32,000 bases of DNA from Longivirga aurantiaca (GTDB lineage: Bacteria; Actinomycetota; Actinomycetes; S36-B12; CAIYMF01): contig NZ_JBHSTI010000008.1 of assembly GCF_042660085.1 (NCBI RefSeq), positions 180,001 to 212,000 on the forward strand, written 5' to 3'. Under the pieces are notes generated by a model. The model saw only the letters and a list, made by a program, of their open reading frames with translations. It was not told where the DNA came from and did no database searches. Positions 1 through 8,186 of this stretch are shown here, one piece after another. The position numbers were made by a program, and so were the translations under genes. Each line of letters starts with the position of its first letter. Position 1 is the first letter of the stretch.

Positions 1-141
1 CGGGGTCAGCGGTGAGGGGGGCCTTCATCCAGAACCCCGGCCTCGATCTGCGAATCCGTCGTCTCCCGGCCCGCCGACGGCCCCGGAAGCGACGGCTTCA
101 CAGATCGACAGCGGGGCGGGGCAGCCCGCGCGGAGCGGCGA

Positions 142-633
142 CTAGCGGTAGTTCACGAACTGGACGGCGAAGTCGAGGTCGGCGTCGCGCACGAGCGACT
201 GCACGGCCTGGAGGTCGTCGCGGCTCTTGGAGGTCACGCGGAGCTCCTCGCCCATGACCTGCGCCTTGACCGTCTTGGGGCCCTCGTCGCGGATGAGCTT
301 GCCGAGCTTCTTGGCCTGCTCCTGGTTGATGCCGGCCTGGAAGGTCATCGAGATCTTGTACTCCTTGCCCGAGGAGCGGGGGTCATCGGCCTTGAGCGAC
401 TTCAGCGAGAGCTGGCGCTTGACGAGCTTGTCGCGGAAGACCTCGAGGGCGGCTGCGGCGCGCTCCTCGGTGGAGGAGGTGATCTCGACCGCGAGCTCGC
501 CCTTCCACTCGATCGTGGTGCTCGTGTTCTTGAAGTCGAACCGCTGCGAGAGCTCCTTCGCCGCCTGGTTGAGCGCGTTGTCGACCTCCTGGCGGTCGAC
601 CTTGCTGACGATGTCGAAGCTGCTGTCGGCCAT
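142..633 (-). CDS. yajQ: YajQ-family (DUF520) nucleotide-binding protein
   Basis: 163-aa ORF starting [35 protein letters not shown] and ending [12 protein letters not shown], characteristic of the YajQ family. Confidence 0.95.
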   Translation of the reverse strand: MADSSFDIVSKVDRQEVDNALNQAAKELSQRFDFKNTSTTIEWKGELAVEITSSTEERAAAALEVFRDKLVKRQLSLKSLKADDPRSSGKEYKISMTFQAGINQEQAKKLGKLIRDEGPKTVKAQVMGEELRVTSKSRDDLQAVQSLVRDADLDFAVQFVNYR

Positions 634-720
634 GGCCGGTTCGTCCCTTCGGTGCGGTGGTCAGGTGGGCGGCACCCCGGGGATTTCCCCCGTGCCGCGC
701 CTCCTATGTATCCTCCCCTC

Positions 721-738
721 TGCCGTCCTCGGACGGCA
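721..738 (+). other. short perfect hairpin just upstream of tRNA-Tyr
   Basis: TGCCGTCC-TC-GGACGGCA inverted repeat ending 2 nt before the tRNA start. Confidence 0.5.
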
Positions 739-740
739 AA

Positions 741-822
741 GGCGGGTTGCCCGAGCGGCCAATGGGAGCGGACTGTAAATCCGTCGGCTTTGCCTTCGAT
801 GGTTCGAATCCATCACCCGCCA
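741..822 (+). tRNA. tRNA-Tyr(GTA)
   Basis: Acceptor GGCGGGT/ACCCGCC with discriminator A. Anticodon arm GCGGA-CTGTAAA-TCCGT, long variable arm, T-arm GATGG-TTCGAAT-CCATC. No encoded CCA. Confidence 0.95.
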
Positions 823-829
823 CACGGCA

Positions 830-860
830 GGAGGCCCGACCCCTCAGGGGTCGGGCCTCC
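830..860 (+). terminator. intrinsic-terminator-like hairpin downstream of tRNA-Tyr
   Basis: Perfect 14-bp stem GGAGGCCCGACCCC-TCA-GGGGTCGGGCCTCC. It sits between tRNA-Tyr and the converging SDR gene, so it is probably bidirectional. Confidence 0.8.
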
Positions 861-887
861 TCTCGTTCGTACGGCCGTCCGGGGGCC

Positions 888-1847
888 TCAGGCCGTGATG
901 CCCGCCACCACGTCGTCGAACCGGACCCCGACGAGGGCCTCGGACTCCTCCCACAGCGCGGCGGCCATGCGGGTGTCGCGCGCGGCGGCCGTGGTGCCCA
1001 CGAGCCGCGGGTGGCCGTGCTGCTCGAAGAAGCCGTCCGGTCCGGCGTACGACGCCGGCGGGAGCCCGGGCTCGGTGGCCACGTAGAGAGTCGGCAGCGC
1101 CCCCATCTCGGCCGGCTGGGCGAGGAGCCGGTTGCCGAGCTCGGTGAACCGGGCGCCCAGGCTGCTGCCCTTCATGGCCGGCGCGACCGACTGGAGGTTC
1201 GTGGCGGCGTAGCCGGGGTGGGCGGCGTACGCCCCGACGGGCAGGCCGGCCGCGTCGAGGCGGTGCTGGAGCTCGAAGGTGAGCAGCAGGTTGGCGAGCT
1301 TGCTCTGCCCGTACGCCACCCAGGGCTGGTACTTCTGCCGCCCCATGAGGTCGTCGAGGCGGATCCGGCCCATCTTGTGCGCGTTGCTGGACACGGTGAC
1401 CACCCGGGACGCCGCCCCCACGGACCCGGCGCGGGCGAGCGCCGGGAGCAGGCCGAGGGTGAGGGCCATGTGCCCGAGGTGGTTCGTGCCGAGCTGCATC
1501 TCGAACCCGTCCGCGGTCTCGCGACGCGGGATGGCCATGACGCCGGCGTTGTTGACGAGCAGGTGCAGGGGGTCGGCCCCCACCGTCTCGGCGCAGGCGC
1601 GCACCGAGGCGAGGTCGGCCAGGTCGAGGGGCACGACCGCGACGCTCCCGGCGGAGGTTCCCACGGCCGCCGCGATCCGGGCGCGGGCGTCCTCGCCGCG
1701 GCCGGCGTCGCGGACGCCGAGGAGCACGTCGGCGCCGTGGCGCGCGAGCTCGAGAGCGGTGACGTAGCCGATGCCGGAGTTCGCCCCGGTGACGAGGGCG
1801 CGGCGACCGGAGAGGTCGGGGATGTCTGCGGCGGTCCAGGGGCTCAT
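888..1847 (-). CDS. SDR family NAD(P)-dependent oxidoreductase
   Basis: 319 aa. TGANSGIG cofactor motif near the N-terminus, LLVNNAGVM, and YGQSKLANLL (YxxxK active site). Confidence 0.92.
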   Translation of the reverse strand: MSPWTAADIPDLSGRRALVTGANSGIGYVTALELARHGADVLLGVRDAGRGEDARARIAAAVGTSAGSVAVVPLDLADLASVRACAETVGADPLHLLVNNAGVMAIPRRETADGFEMQLGTNHLGHMALTLGLLPALARAGSVGAASRVVTVSSNAHKMGRIRLDDLMGRQKYQPWVAYGQSKLANLLLTFELQHRLDAAGLPVGAYAAHPGYAATNLQSVAPAMKGSSLGARFTELGNRLLAQPAEMGALPTLYVATEPGLPPASYAGPDGFFEQHGHPRLVGTTAAARDTRMAAALWEESEALVGVRFDDVVAGITA

Positions 1848-1910
1848 GCCCCCATCCTCACCCGACGGAGACCGGTGCGCGTCCCGGGCGGAGGCGGGCT
1901 GCTGCCCGTT

Positions 1911-1940
1911 TTGGAGGAACCCAGGGCCACCGGGTACGCT
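1911..1940 (+). promoter_or_regulatory. candidate sigma70-type promoter for tRNA-Thr/tRNA-Met/rpmG
   Basis: TTGGAG (1911-1916), 18-nt spacer, TACGCT (1935-1940), 13 nt before the tRNA-Thr start. Confidence 0.55.
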
Positions 1941-1953
1941 GCTCAGGCTCTAC

Positions 1954-2026
1954 GCCCCCATAGCTCAGTCGGCAGAGCGTCTCCATGGTAAGGAGAAGGT
2001 CTACGGTTCGATTCCGTATGGGGGCT
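1954..2026 (+). tRNA. tRNA-Thr(GGT)
   Basis: Acceptor GCCCCCA/TGGGGGC. Anticodon arm TCTCC-ATGGTAA-GGAGA, T-arm TACGG-TTCGATT-CCGTA. Confidence 0.96.
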
Positions 2027-2070
2027 CGGAAACAGCGGACCCGTCCCACCCGGGGGCGGGGCCGAACCTC

Positions 2071-2147
2071 GGCGGAGTAGCTCAGCCTGGCAGAGCAAGC
2101 GGCTCATAATCGCTGTGTCGCCGGTTCAAGTCCGGCCTCCGCTACCA
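2071..2147 (+). tRNA. tRNA-Met(CAT), elongator-type, with encoded CCA
   Basis: Acceptor GGCGGAG/CTCCGCT (G1-U72 wobble), anticodon arm AGCGG-CTCATAA-TCGCT, T-arm GCCGG-TTCAAGT-CCGGC, then ACCA. Confidence 0.93.
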
Positions 2148-2183
2148 CCGTACGTACGAACGACAGACCCGAAAGGCACTCCC

Positions 2184-2348
2184 GTGGCCAAGAGCGACGT
2201 CCGCCCGAAGATCACCCTGGCCTGCCAGGAGTGCAAGGACCGCAACTACATCACCAAGAAGAACCGGCGCAACGACCCGGATCGCCTGGAGATGAACAAG
2301 CACTGCCCCAAGTGCAACAAGCACACGGTGCACAAGGAGACCCGCTAG
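2184..2348 (+). CDS. rpmG: 50S ribosomal protein L33
   Basis: GTG start; [54 protein letters not shown], 54 aa, with CxxC pairs. The ORF track starts upstream inside the tRNA. Confidence 0.97.
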   Translation: MAKSDVRPKITLACQECKDRNYITKKNRRNDPDRLEMNKHCPKCNKHTVHKETR

Positions 2349-2376
2349 CCGGGTGGGCCTCGCGCCCCACACACGT

Positions 2377-2420
2377 CGTCAGGACGGCCGCACCCTCCGG
2401 GGGCGGCCGTCCTGACGTTT
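2377..2420 (+). terminator. rho-independent terminator after rpmG
   Basis: 15-bp stem CGTCAGGACGGCCGC / GCGGCCGTCCTGACG (2377-2391 with 2403-2417) followed by TTT. Confidence 0.85.
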
Positions 2421-2527
2421 CCGGGCAACTCGTCCAAGGTCGGCCAGGCCCGGTGCACCTCGGGGGGCCGTGGGCTAGCGTCGCGGGCGGGACGCCGGAC
2501 GGCCGGCGACGGACGAAGGGGTGCATC

Positions 2528-3337
2528 GTGGGACGACTCGACGACCGCGTCGCGATCGTGACCGGCGCAGGACGCGGCATCGGCCGGGCCACAGCGCTGC
2601 GGCTGGCGGCCGACGGCGCCTCGGTCGTGGTCAACGACATCGACGCGGAGCCCGCCGCGGAGACGGTCTCGCTCATCGAGGCGGCCGGCGGCTCCGCCCT
2701 GCTGCACGTGGCCGACACCGTCGAGCTCGAGCAGGCCCACGGTCTGACGAAGGCAGCGGTCGACGGCTTCGGCAAGCTCGACATCGTCGTCAACAACGCC
2801 GGCATCACCCGAGACAAGATGTTCCACGGCATGACCGACGAGATCTTCGACTTCGTCCTCGACGTCAACCTGCGTACGGCGTTCCACACGACCCTCGCGG
2901 CGATGCCCTACCTGCGCGAGGTCGCCAAGGCCGAGATCGCGGCCGACGGCAAGGTGGCCTACAACCGCAAGATCGTGTTCACCTCCTCGGTCGCCGCGCT
3001 CATGGGCAACCCGGGCCAGTACAACTACACGGCGGCCAAGGGCGCGCTCATCGCCACCACCAAGACCCTCGCGCGGGAGCTCGGCCCGTTCGGCATCAAC
3101 GTCAACGCGGTGGCCCCCGGCTTCATCGAGACGCGCCTGACCCAGGCCAAGACCGACTCCAGCGACCTCGGCATCCCGCAGCAGATGCGCGACATGTCGC
3201 TGATGCTCATCGCGATGGGCCGCCTCGGCGTCCCCGAGGACATCGCCAACGTGCACGCATTCCTCGTGTCCAGCGACGCCGACTTCGTTTCCGGTGTCAC
3301 CATCCCCGTGACCGGCGGACAGCTCGGAGGCATGTGA
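2528..3337 (+). CDS. SDR family oxidoreductase, FabG / HSD17B4-type 3-hydroxyacyl dehydrogenase-like
   Basis: GTG start. Contains TGAGRGIG, IVVNNAGITRDKMF, YNYTAAKGA and C-terminal VSGVTIPVTGGQL. Confidence 0.9.
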   Translation: MGRLDDRVAIVTGAGRGIGRATALRLAADGASVVVNDIDAEPAAETVSLIEAAGGSALLHVADTVELEQAHGLTKAAVDGFGKLDIVVNNAGITRDKMFHGMTDEIFDFVLDVNLRTAFHTTLAAMPYLREVAKAEIAADGKVAYNRKIVFTSSVAALMGNPGQYNYTAAKGALIATTKTLARELGPFGINVNAVAPGFIETRLTQAKTDSSDLGIPQQMRDMSLMLIAMGRLGVPEDIANVHAFLVSSDADFVSGVTIPVTGGQLGGM

Positions 3338-3795
3338 CCGTGGCGCTCAACCAGGACTACCTCGGCAAGGTCTACCCGCCGAGCCCGCCGTACCAGGTGG
3401 GCCGAGAGAAGCTGCGCGAGTTCGCGATCGCCATCGGCGACATGAACCCGGCGTACCACGATGTCGCGCACGCCCAGGCCCTCGGGCACCCGGACGTCGT
3501 CGCCCCGCCGACCTTCGCCTTCACCCTCGCCATGCGGGCGATGGCCGCCGCGGTCTTCGACCCGGGCCTCGGGCTCGACTACAGCCGGGTGGTGCACGGC
3601 GAGCAGCGCTTCGCCTACACGCGGCCGTTGCGCGCGGGGGACGAGGTCACCGCGACCACCACGATCGAGAACATCCGCGTCGCCGCGGGCAACGACATCC
3701 TCACGACGCGCTCGGACATCGCGACCGTCGACGGCGACCCGATCTGCTCCGCGTGGACCGTCACGGTCGCCCGCGGCACAGGAGGGGAGTCCTGA
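3334..3795 (+). CDS. MaoC-family FAS1-like dehydratase domain protein (HadA-like)
   Basis: ALNQDYLGKVYPPSPPYQVGREKLREFAIAIGDMNPAYHD...APPTFAFTL. Start is either the overlapping GTG 3334 (GTGA) or GTG 3340. Confidence 0.87.
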   Translation: MTVALNQDYLGKVYPPSPPYQVGREKLREFAIAIGDMNPAYHDVAHAQALGHPDVVAPPTFAFTLAMRAMAAAVFDPGLGLDYSRVVHGEQRFAYTRPLRAGDEVTATTTIENIRVAAGNDILTTRSDIATVDGDPICSAWTVTVARGTGGES

Positions 3796-4223
3796 TGGCC
3801 ACCACCGTCGCGTGGTCCGACGTCGAGGTGGGCGACGCCCTGCCGTCGATCACCGCCCGGCTCCAGCGGGTCAACCTCGTCATGTACGCCGGCGCCTCGG
3901 GCGACTTCAACCCGATCCACTGGAACGAGACGTTCGCCAAGGCCGTGGGCCTGCCCGACGTCATCGCCCACGGGATGCTCACCATGGCCACCGCCGGCCG
4001 CGTCGTCACCGACTGGGTCGGCGACCCGGGGGCGGTCCTCGAGTACGGCGTGCGCTTCACCCGGCCGGTCGTCGTCCCCAACGACGACCAGGGAGCCACG
4101 GTCGAGATCAGCGGCGTCGTGGGCGAGAAGCGCGACGACGGCACCGTGCGGGTCGACCTCACCGCCGTGTACGACGGCGCGACGGTGCTGGGCAAGGCCC
4201 AGGCCGTCGTCCGTCTCGCCTGA
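3795..4223 (+). CDS. MaoC-family dehydratase (HadB-like)
   Basis: MATTVAWSDVEVGDALP...NLVMYAGASGDFNPIHWNETFAKAVGLPDVIAHGML, the hotdog hydratase 2 motif. The start overlaps the previous stop (TGATG). Confidence 0.92.
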   Translation: MATTVAWSDVEVGDALPSITARLQRVNLVMYAGASGDFNPIHWNETFAKAVGLPDVIAHGMLTMATAGRVVTDWVGDPGAVLEYGVRFTRPVVVPNDDQGATVEISGVVGEKRDDGTVRVDLTAVYDGATVLGKAQAVVRLA

Positions 4224-4254
4224 GCCCGGCGCGAACCCGCCTAGGCTCGACGCC

Positions 4255-5283
4255 GTGACCACGCTCGCCGACCTCACCACGCTCCGGCTGGGCGGTCCCG
4301 CCGCCCGCCTCGTCGTGGCCGAGGACGAGCGCACGCTCGTCGACGCCGTCCGCGAGGCCGACGCCTCGGGCCTGCCCGCCCTGGTCGTGGCCGGCGGCAG
4401 CAACCTCGTCGTGGCCGACTCCGGCTACCCCGGCACGGTGGTGCTCGTCCGTACGACGGGCGTGGCGGTCGAGTCCGACCTCTGCGGCGGCGCCTACGTC
4501 ACGGTCGCCGCGGGCGAGGAGTGGGACTCCTTCGTGCAGCGCGCCGTGGCCGAGGAGTGGGCCGGGATCGAATGCCTGTCGGGCATCCCCGGGTCGGTCG
4601 GCGCGACGCCGGTGCAGAACGTCGGCGCCTACGGCCAGGAAGTGGGCTCCTCGCTCGCCCGGGTGCGCACCTTCGACCGCATCGCTGGGGTGCAGCGCAC
4701 CTTCATGCACGCGGACCTCGGGCTCGGCTACCGCACGAGCCTGCTCAAGCAGGAGCCCGGCCACCACCTCGTGCTCGACGTGACCTTCCAGCTGGGGCAC
4801 TCGGGCACGGGCACCCCGATCGCCTACGCCGAGCTCGCGCGAAGCCTCGGCGTCGAGGTCGGTGCGCGCGCGCCGCTGGCGGACGTGCGCGCCGCCGTCC
4901 TGGACCTGCGCCGCAGCAAGGGCATGGTGCTCGACGCCGCCGACCACGACACGTGGAGCGCGGGCTCGTTCTTCACCAACCCGCTGCTCGCGGCCGACGA
5001 CGCGGCACGGCTCCCGGCAGACGCCCCGCGGTGGCCCGCCGACGGCGACCGGGTCAAGACGAGCGCCGCCTGGCTGATCGAGCACGCGGGTTTCGCCAAG
5101 GGGTACGGCGACGGCCCGGCCACGCTGTCGACCAAGCACACCCTCGCCCTCACCAACCGCGGCGCTGCCCGTACCGACGATGTGCTGGCGCTCGCCCGGG
5201 TGGTGCGGGACGGCGTACGCGACCGGTTCGGAGTCACTCTCGAGCCCGAGCCGGTGCTGGTCGGCTGCTCCCTGGACGGCTGA
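4255..5283 (+). CDS. murB: UDP-N-acetylmuramate dehydrogenase
   Basis: GTG start. Contains TTLRLGGPAARLVVAEDE, VVAGGSNLVVADSGYPG, ECLSGIPGSVGATPVQNVGAYGQEV and SAGSFFTNPLL. Confidence 0.97.
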   Translation: MTTLADLTTLRLGGPAARLVVAEDERTLVDAVREADASGLPALVVAGGSNLVVADSGYPGTVVLVRTTGVAVESDLCGGAYVTVAAGEEWDSFVQRAVAEEWAGIECLSGIPGSVGATPVQNVGAYGQEVGSSLARVRTFDRIAGVQRTFMHADLGLGYRTSLLKQEPGHHLVLDVTFQLGHSGTGTPIAYAELARSLGVEVGARAPLADVRAAVLDLRRSKGMVLDAADHDTWSAGSFFTNPLLAADDAARLPADAPRWPADGDRVKTSAAWLIEHAGFAKGYGDGPATLSTKHTLALTNRGAARTDDVLALARVVRDGVRDRFGVTLEPEPVLVGCSLDG

Positions 5284-5392
5284 CGGGCAACGATCCCGCC
5301 GCAACTCCGGTTCGGGCTGACTCCGGGTGGTGGGGGCGGCTAGGTTTCGTGGGTACGGCGCCCGTGGGGGCGCCCCAGAGGGGAGACGCGTC

Positions 5393-5833
5393 ATGGTTGA
5401 CGCAGCACTGAAGCCGGTCGGCTCGGTCGACGTCGCGGTCATCGCGTTCGACGAGCCGAAGTTCAACGGAGCAGTTGCCGAGGCGATCGCCGACCTCGTG
5501 CGCGCGGGCACCGTCCGCCTGCTGGACGCGATCATGGTCCACAAGGCCGAGGACGGCACCGTCACGCTCGCCGAGATCACCGACATCGACGGCGACGGCC
5601 TCCCTGACCTCGTCGCCCTGCAGGGCGACATCCCGGGGCTCATCGGGGAGGACGACGCCACCTCGGTGATCGCCGAGATGCCGAACGACAGCGCGATCCT
5701 GATGCTCGCTTGGGAGAACACCTGGGCCATCCGCACGGCCGCGGCGATCCGCGCCAACGGAGGCACCCTGGTGGCCATGGAGCGCATCGCCGCCGCCGAC
5801 GTGGAGGCCGTGCTCGCGGCCGACGAGAGCTGA
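5393..5833 (+). CDS. DUF6325-like protein of unknown function
   Basis: 146 aa MVDAALKPVGSVDVAVIAFDEPKFNGAVAEAIADLVRAGTVRLLDAIMVHKAEDGTV...NDSAILMLAWENTWA. Family assignment is from memory of similar sequences. Confidence 0.75.
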   Translation: MVDAALKPVGSVDVAVIAFDEPKFNGAVAEAIADLVRAGTVRLLDAIMVHKAEDGTVTLAEITDIDGDGLPDLVALQGDIPGLIGEDDATSVIAEMPNDSAILMLAWENTWAIRTAAAIRANGGTLVAMERIAAADVEAVLAADES

Positions 5834-5846
5834 GAGAGGAACTGAC

Positions 5847-6242
5847 ATGCGACGCATGGGACGCCCCGGACTCGTAGGCATGGCCGCACGGACCGCGGTC
5901 GTGGCCGGTACCGCCACGGCGGTGAGCGGCCGCGTGCAGCGGCGCCAGATGGGCAAGGCGCAGGAGCAGCAGGCATCTGCTGCGGACGAGGCCGAGCTCG
6001 AGCAGTACCGCGCTCAGGAGGCAGCCGCCGCGCAGCAGGCGCAGGTCGACGCGCAGGTCCAGGCTGCGCTCGCTGCCCAAGCGGCCCAGCAGGCGGCGGT
6101 AGCGGCCGCCCCGGCGGCGCCGGCGGCGCCGGCGGGCGGGGTCGACGTCGTGGCGGAGCTCACCAAGCTCGCCTCGCTCAAGGACGCGGGCATCCTCTCG
6201 GACGAGGAGTTCGCGGCCGCCAAGGCCAAGCTCCTCGGCTGA
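5847..6242 (+). CDS. SHOCT-domain protein with Ala/Gln-rich linker
   Basis: 131 aa. C-terminal DVVAELTKLASLKDAGILSDEEFAAAKAKLLG matches the SHOCT pattern. The gene starts 13 nt after the DUF6325-like stop. Confidence 0.85.
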   Translation: MRRMGRPGLVGMAARTAVVAGTATAVSGRVQRRQMGKAQEQQASAADEAELEQYRAQEAAAAQQAQVDAQVQAALAAQAAQQAAVAAAPAAPAAPAGGVDVVAELTKLASLKDAGILSDEEFAAAKAKLLG

Positions 6243-6249
6243 GCGACCA

Positions 6250-6290
6250 CGACGAAGGCCCCCGACCTGCACGGTCGGGGGCCTTCGTCG
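6250..6290. terminator. bidirectional intrinsic-terminator-like hairpin
   Basis: Perfect 18-bp stem CGACGAAGGCCCCCGACC-TGCAC-GGTCGGGGGCCTTCGTCG between the convergent SHOCT and aminotransferase genes. Confidence 0.85.
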
Positions 6291-6302
6291 TACGCGGTGC
6301 CG

Positions 6303-7511
6303 CTACTGCGCCTGGCCGAGGAGGTTCGCGATACGGGTCGCGCCCTCGCGGAGGTCGTCGTCGCCGAGGGCGTACGACAGGCGCAGGTAGCCGGGGGTGC
6401 CGAACGCCTCGCCCGGCACGACGGCGACCTCGGCCTCGTCCAGGATGATCGCGGCGAGCTCGGCCGAGGAGTCGGCGAGCCGGCCGCGGATCGTCCGGCC
6501 GAGGACGCCCTTGACCGAGGGGTACACGTAGAACGCGCCCTCGGGCAGCGGGCAGGTGACGCCGTCGATCGCGTCGAGGATCTCTGCGATTGCCTGGCGG
6601 CGGCGGTCGAACGCCGTACGCATCTCGGCCACGGCGGTGAGGTCGCCGGACACCGCCGCGAGAGCAGCCACCTGGGACACGTTGGCGACGTTCGAGGTGG
6701 CGTGCGACTGCAGGTTGGTGGCCGCCTTCACGACGTCGGCGGGGCCGGCGATCCAGCCCACCCGCCATCCCGTCATGGCGTAGGTCTTGGCCACACCGTT
6801 CACGACCACGCAGCGCTCGGCGAGCTCGGGCACGAGCGTGGGCATCGAGGCGAACTCGGCGTCGCCGTAGACGAGGTGCTCGTAGATCTCGTCGGTGACG
6901 ACCCAGATCCCCTTGGCCAGCGCCCAGCGGCCGATGGCCTCGACCTCGGCGGGGGAGTAGACCGCGCCGGTGGGGTTGGACGGCGACACGAACACGAGCA
7001 GCTTGGTGCGCGGGGTGAGCGCCGCCTCGAGCTGGTCGATCGTGACGCGGTAGCCCGAGGTCTCGTCGGTCATGATGTCGACGGGCACGCCGCCCGCGAG
7101 CCGGATCGACTCGGGGTACGTGGTCCAGTACGGCGCCGGCAGCAGCGCCTCGTCGCCCGGGTCGAGCAGCGCGGCGAACGCGTTGTAGAGCGCCTGCTTG
7201 CCGCCGTTGGTCACGAGCACCTGGCTGGCGCTGATCTGGTAGCCGGAGTCGCGCAGCGTCTTGACCGCGATCGCCTCCTTGAGCTCGGGCAGGCCCCCGG
7301 CCGGCGTGTACCGGTGCCACTTGGGGTCGCGGCAGGCCTCGATGGCCGCAGCGACGATGTAGTCGGGGGTCGGGAAGTCCGGCTCACCCGCGCCGAAGCC
7401 GATGACCGGGCGCCCGGCGGCCTTGAGGGCCTTGGCCTTGGCGTCCACGGCGAGCGTGGCCGACTCCGCGATGGAGCCGATGCGGTGCGAGATCCGCTGC
7501 TGGGAGGTCAT
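6303..7511 (-). CDS. pyridoxal phosphate-dependent aminotransferase (aspartate aminotransferase class I/II)
   Basis: [82 protein letters not shown]. The ATG at 7511 is preferred over the upstream ORF extension. Confidence 0.94.
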   Translation of the reverse strand: MTSQQRISHRIGSIAESATLAVDAKAKALKAAGRPVIGFGAGEPDFPTPDYIVAAAIEACRDPKWHRYTPAGGLPELKEAIAVKTLRDSGYQISASQVLVTNGGKQALYNAFAALLDPGDEALLPAPYWTTYPESIRLAGGVPVDIMTDETSGYRVTIDQLEAALTPRTKLLVFVSPSNPTGAVYSPAEVEAIGRWALAKGIWVVTDEIYEHLVYGDAEFASMPTLVPELAERCVVVNGVAKTYAMTGWRVGWIAGPADVVKAATNLQSHATSNVANVSQVAALAAVSGDLTAVAEMRTAFDRRRQAIAEILDAIDGVTCPLPEGAFYVYPSVKGVLGRTIRGRLADSSAELAAIILDEAEVAVVPGEAFGTPGYLRLSYALGDDDLREGATRIANLLGQAQ

Positions 7512-7603
7512 GGCCCCCATCCTTCCGCAAGGACCCGGGCGAGGCCGAGCGGGTACCCCGACGGGCGCCGGTGCGGGGCAGGCTGGCCCCGTCCGGGCGG
7601 GTT

Positions 7604-7632
7604 TGGGCGGGTGCCTGCCCGTCCCGTATGCT
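7604..7632 (+). promoter_or_regulatory. candidate promoter upstream of tRNA-Trp/secE
   Basis: TTGGGC (7604-7609), 17-nt spacer, TATGCT (7627-7632). Confidence 0.5.
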
Positions 7633-7710
7633 CGGACCTCCTGGTGGACGTCCACCCCTGCGCAAGCATGCCTTCACCCCGTCGGCGCTCGTGCTCGGAA
7701 GTCGTCTTCG

Positions 7711-7783
7711 AGGGTCGTAGCTCAATTGGTAGAGCACCGGTCTCCAAAACCGGCGGTTGGGGGTTCAAGTCCCTCCGGCCCTG
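7711..7783 (+). tRNA. tRNA-Trp(CCA)
   Basis: Acceptor AGGGTCG/CGGCCCT with discriminator G. Anticodon arm CCGGT-CTCCAAA-ACCGG. Located immediately upstream of secE, as is typical of actinobacteria. Confidence 0.97.
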
Positions 7784-7902
7784 CTCCACCCGGCCTCGCG
7801 GCCGGGCGCACCACCCCGCCTCCGGGCGGGCCGCACCACGGCACGGCCGACCCGGCCGGGCCGACCGTCGGGCCCACGGCCCACGACGCGAGCGAGGACC
7901 GC

Positions 7903-8145
7903 GTGAGCGACACCGTCGCCGAGCGCCCCCAGGGCGGTGGCGCAGACGAGCGTCCCGGCTTCGGCGCCAGGATCGCGCTGTTCTACCGCCAGGTGGTGGC
8001 AGAGCTCCGCAAGGTCATCTGGCCGACCAGGCGCGAGCTCATCACCTACACCTGGGTGGTGATCGTGTTCGTGGCGGTCATCGCCACGATCGTCGGGATC
8101 TTCGACTACGGCTTCGGCCGCCTGGTCCTCGCCGTCTTCGGCTGA
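7903..8145 (+). CDS. secE: preprotein translocase subunit SecE
   Basis: GTG start; [59 protein letters not shown], 80 aa. Confidence 0.96.
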   Translation: MSDTVAERPQGGGADERPGFGARIALFYRQVVAELRKVIWPTRRELITYTWVVIVFVAVIATIVGIFDYGFGRLVLAVFG

Positions 8146-8186
8146 TCCCCGCCCAGCACCACCCCGCAACCAGCACGAGGAGCACC

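Noticed and set aside
1-141. Forward ORF 12..257 at the window edge
   Set aside because: Arg-rich low-complexity translation overlapping yajQ antisense, with no recognisable family. The left edge was left unannotated.
657-2025. Forward ORF 657..1991 and the ORF reading [24 protein letters not shown]
   Set aside because: They run through tRNA-Tyr and tRNA-Thr and antisense to the SDR gene, with no family resemblance.
7402-7902. ORF segment [27 protein letters not shown] and the related [26 protein letters not shown]
   Set aside because: These are translations through the tRNA-Trp gene, a common misannotation. secE starts at GTG 7903 and nusG at GTG 8187.
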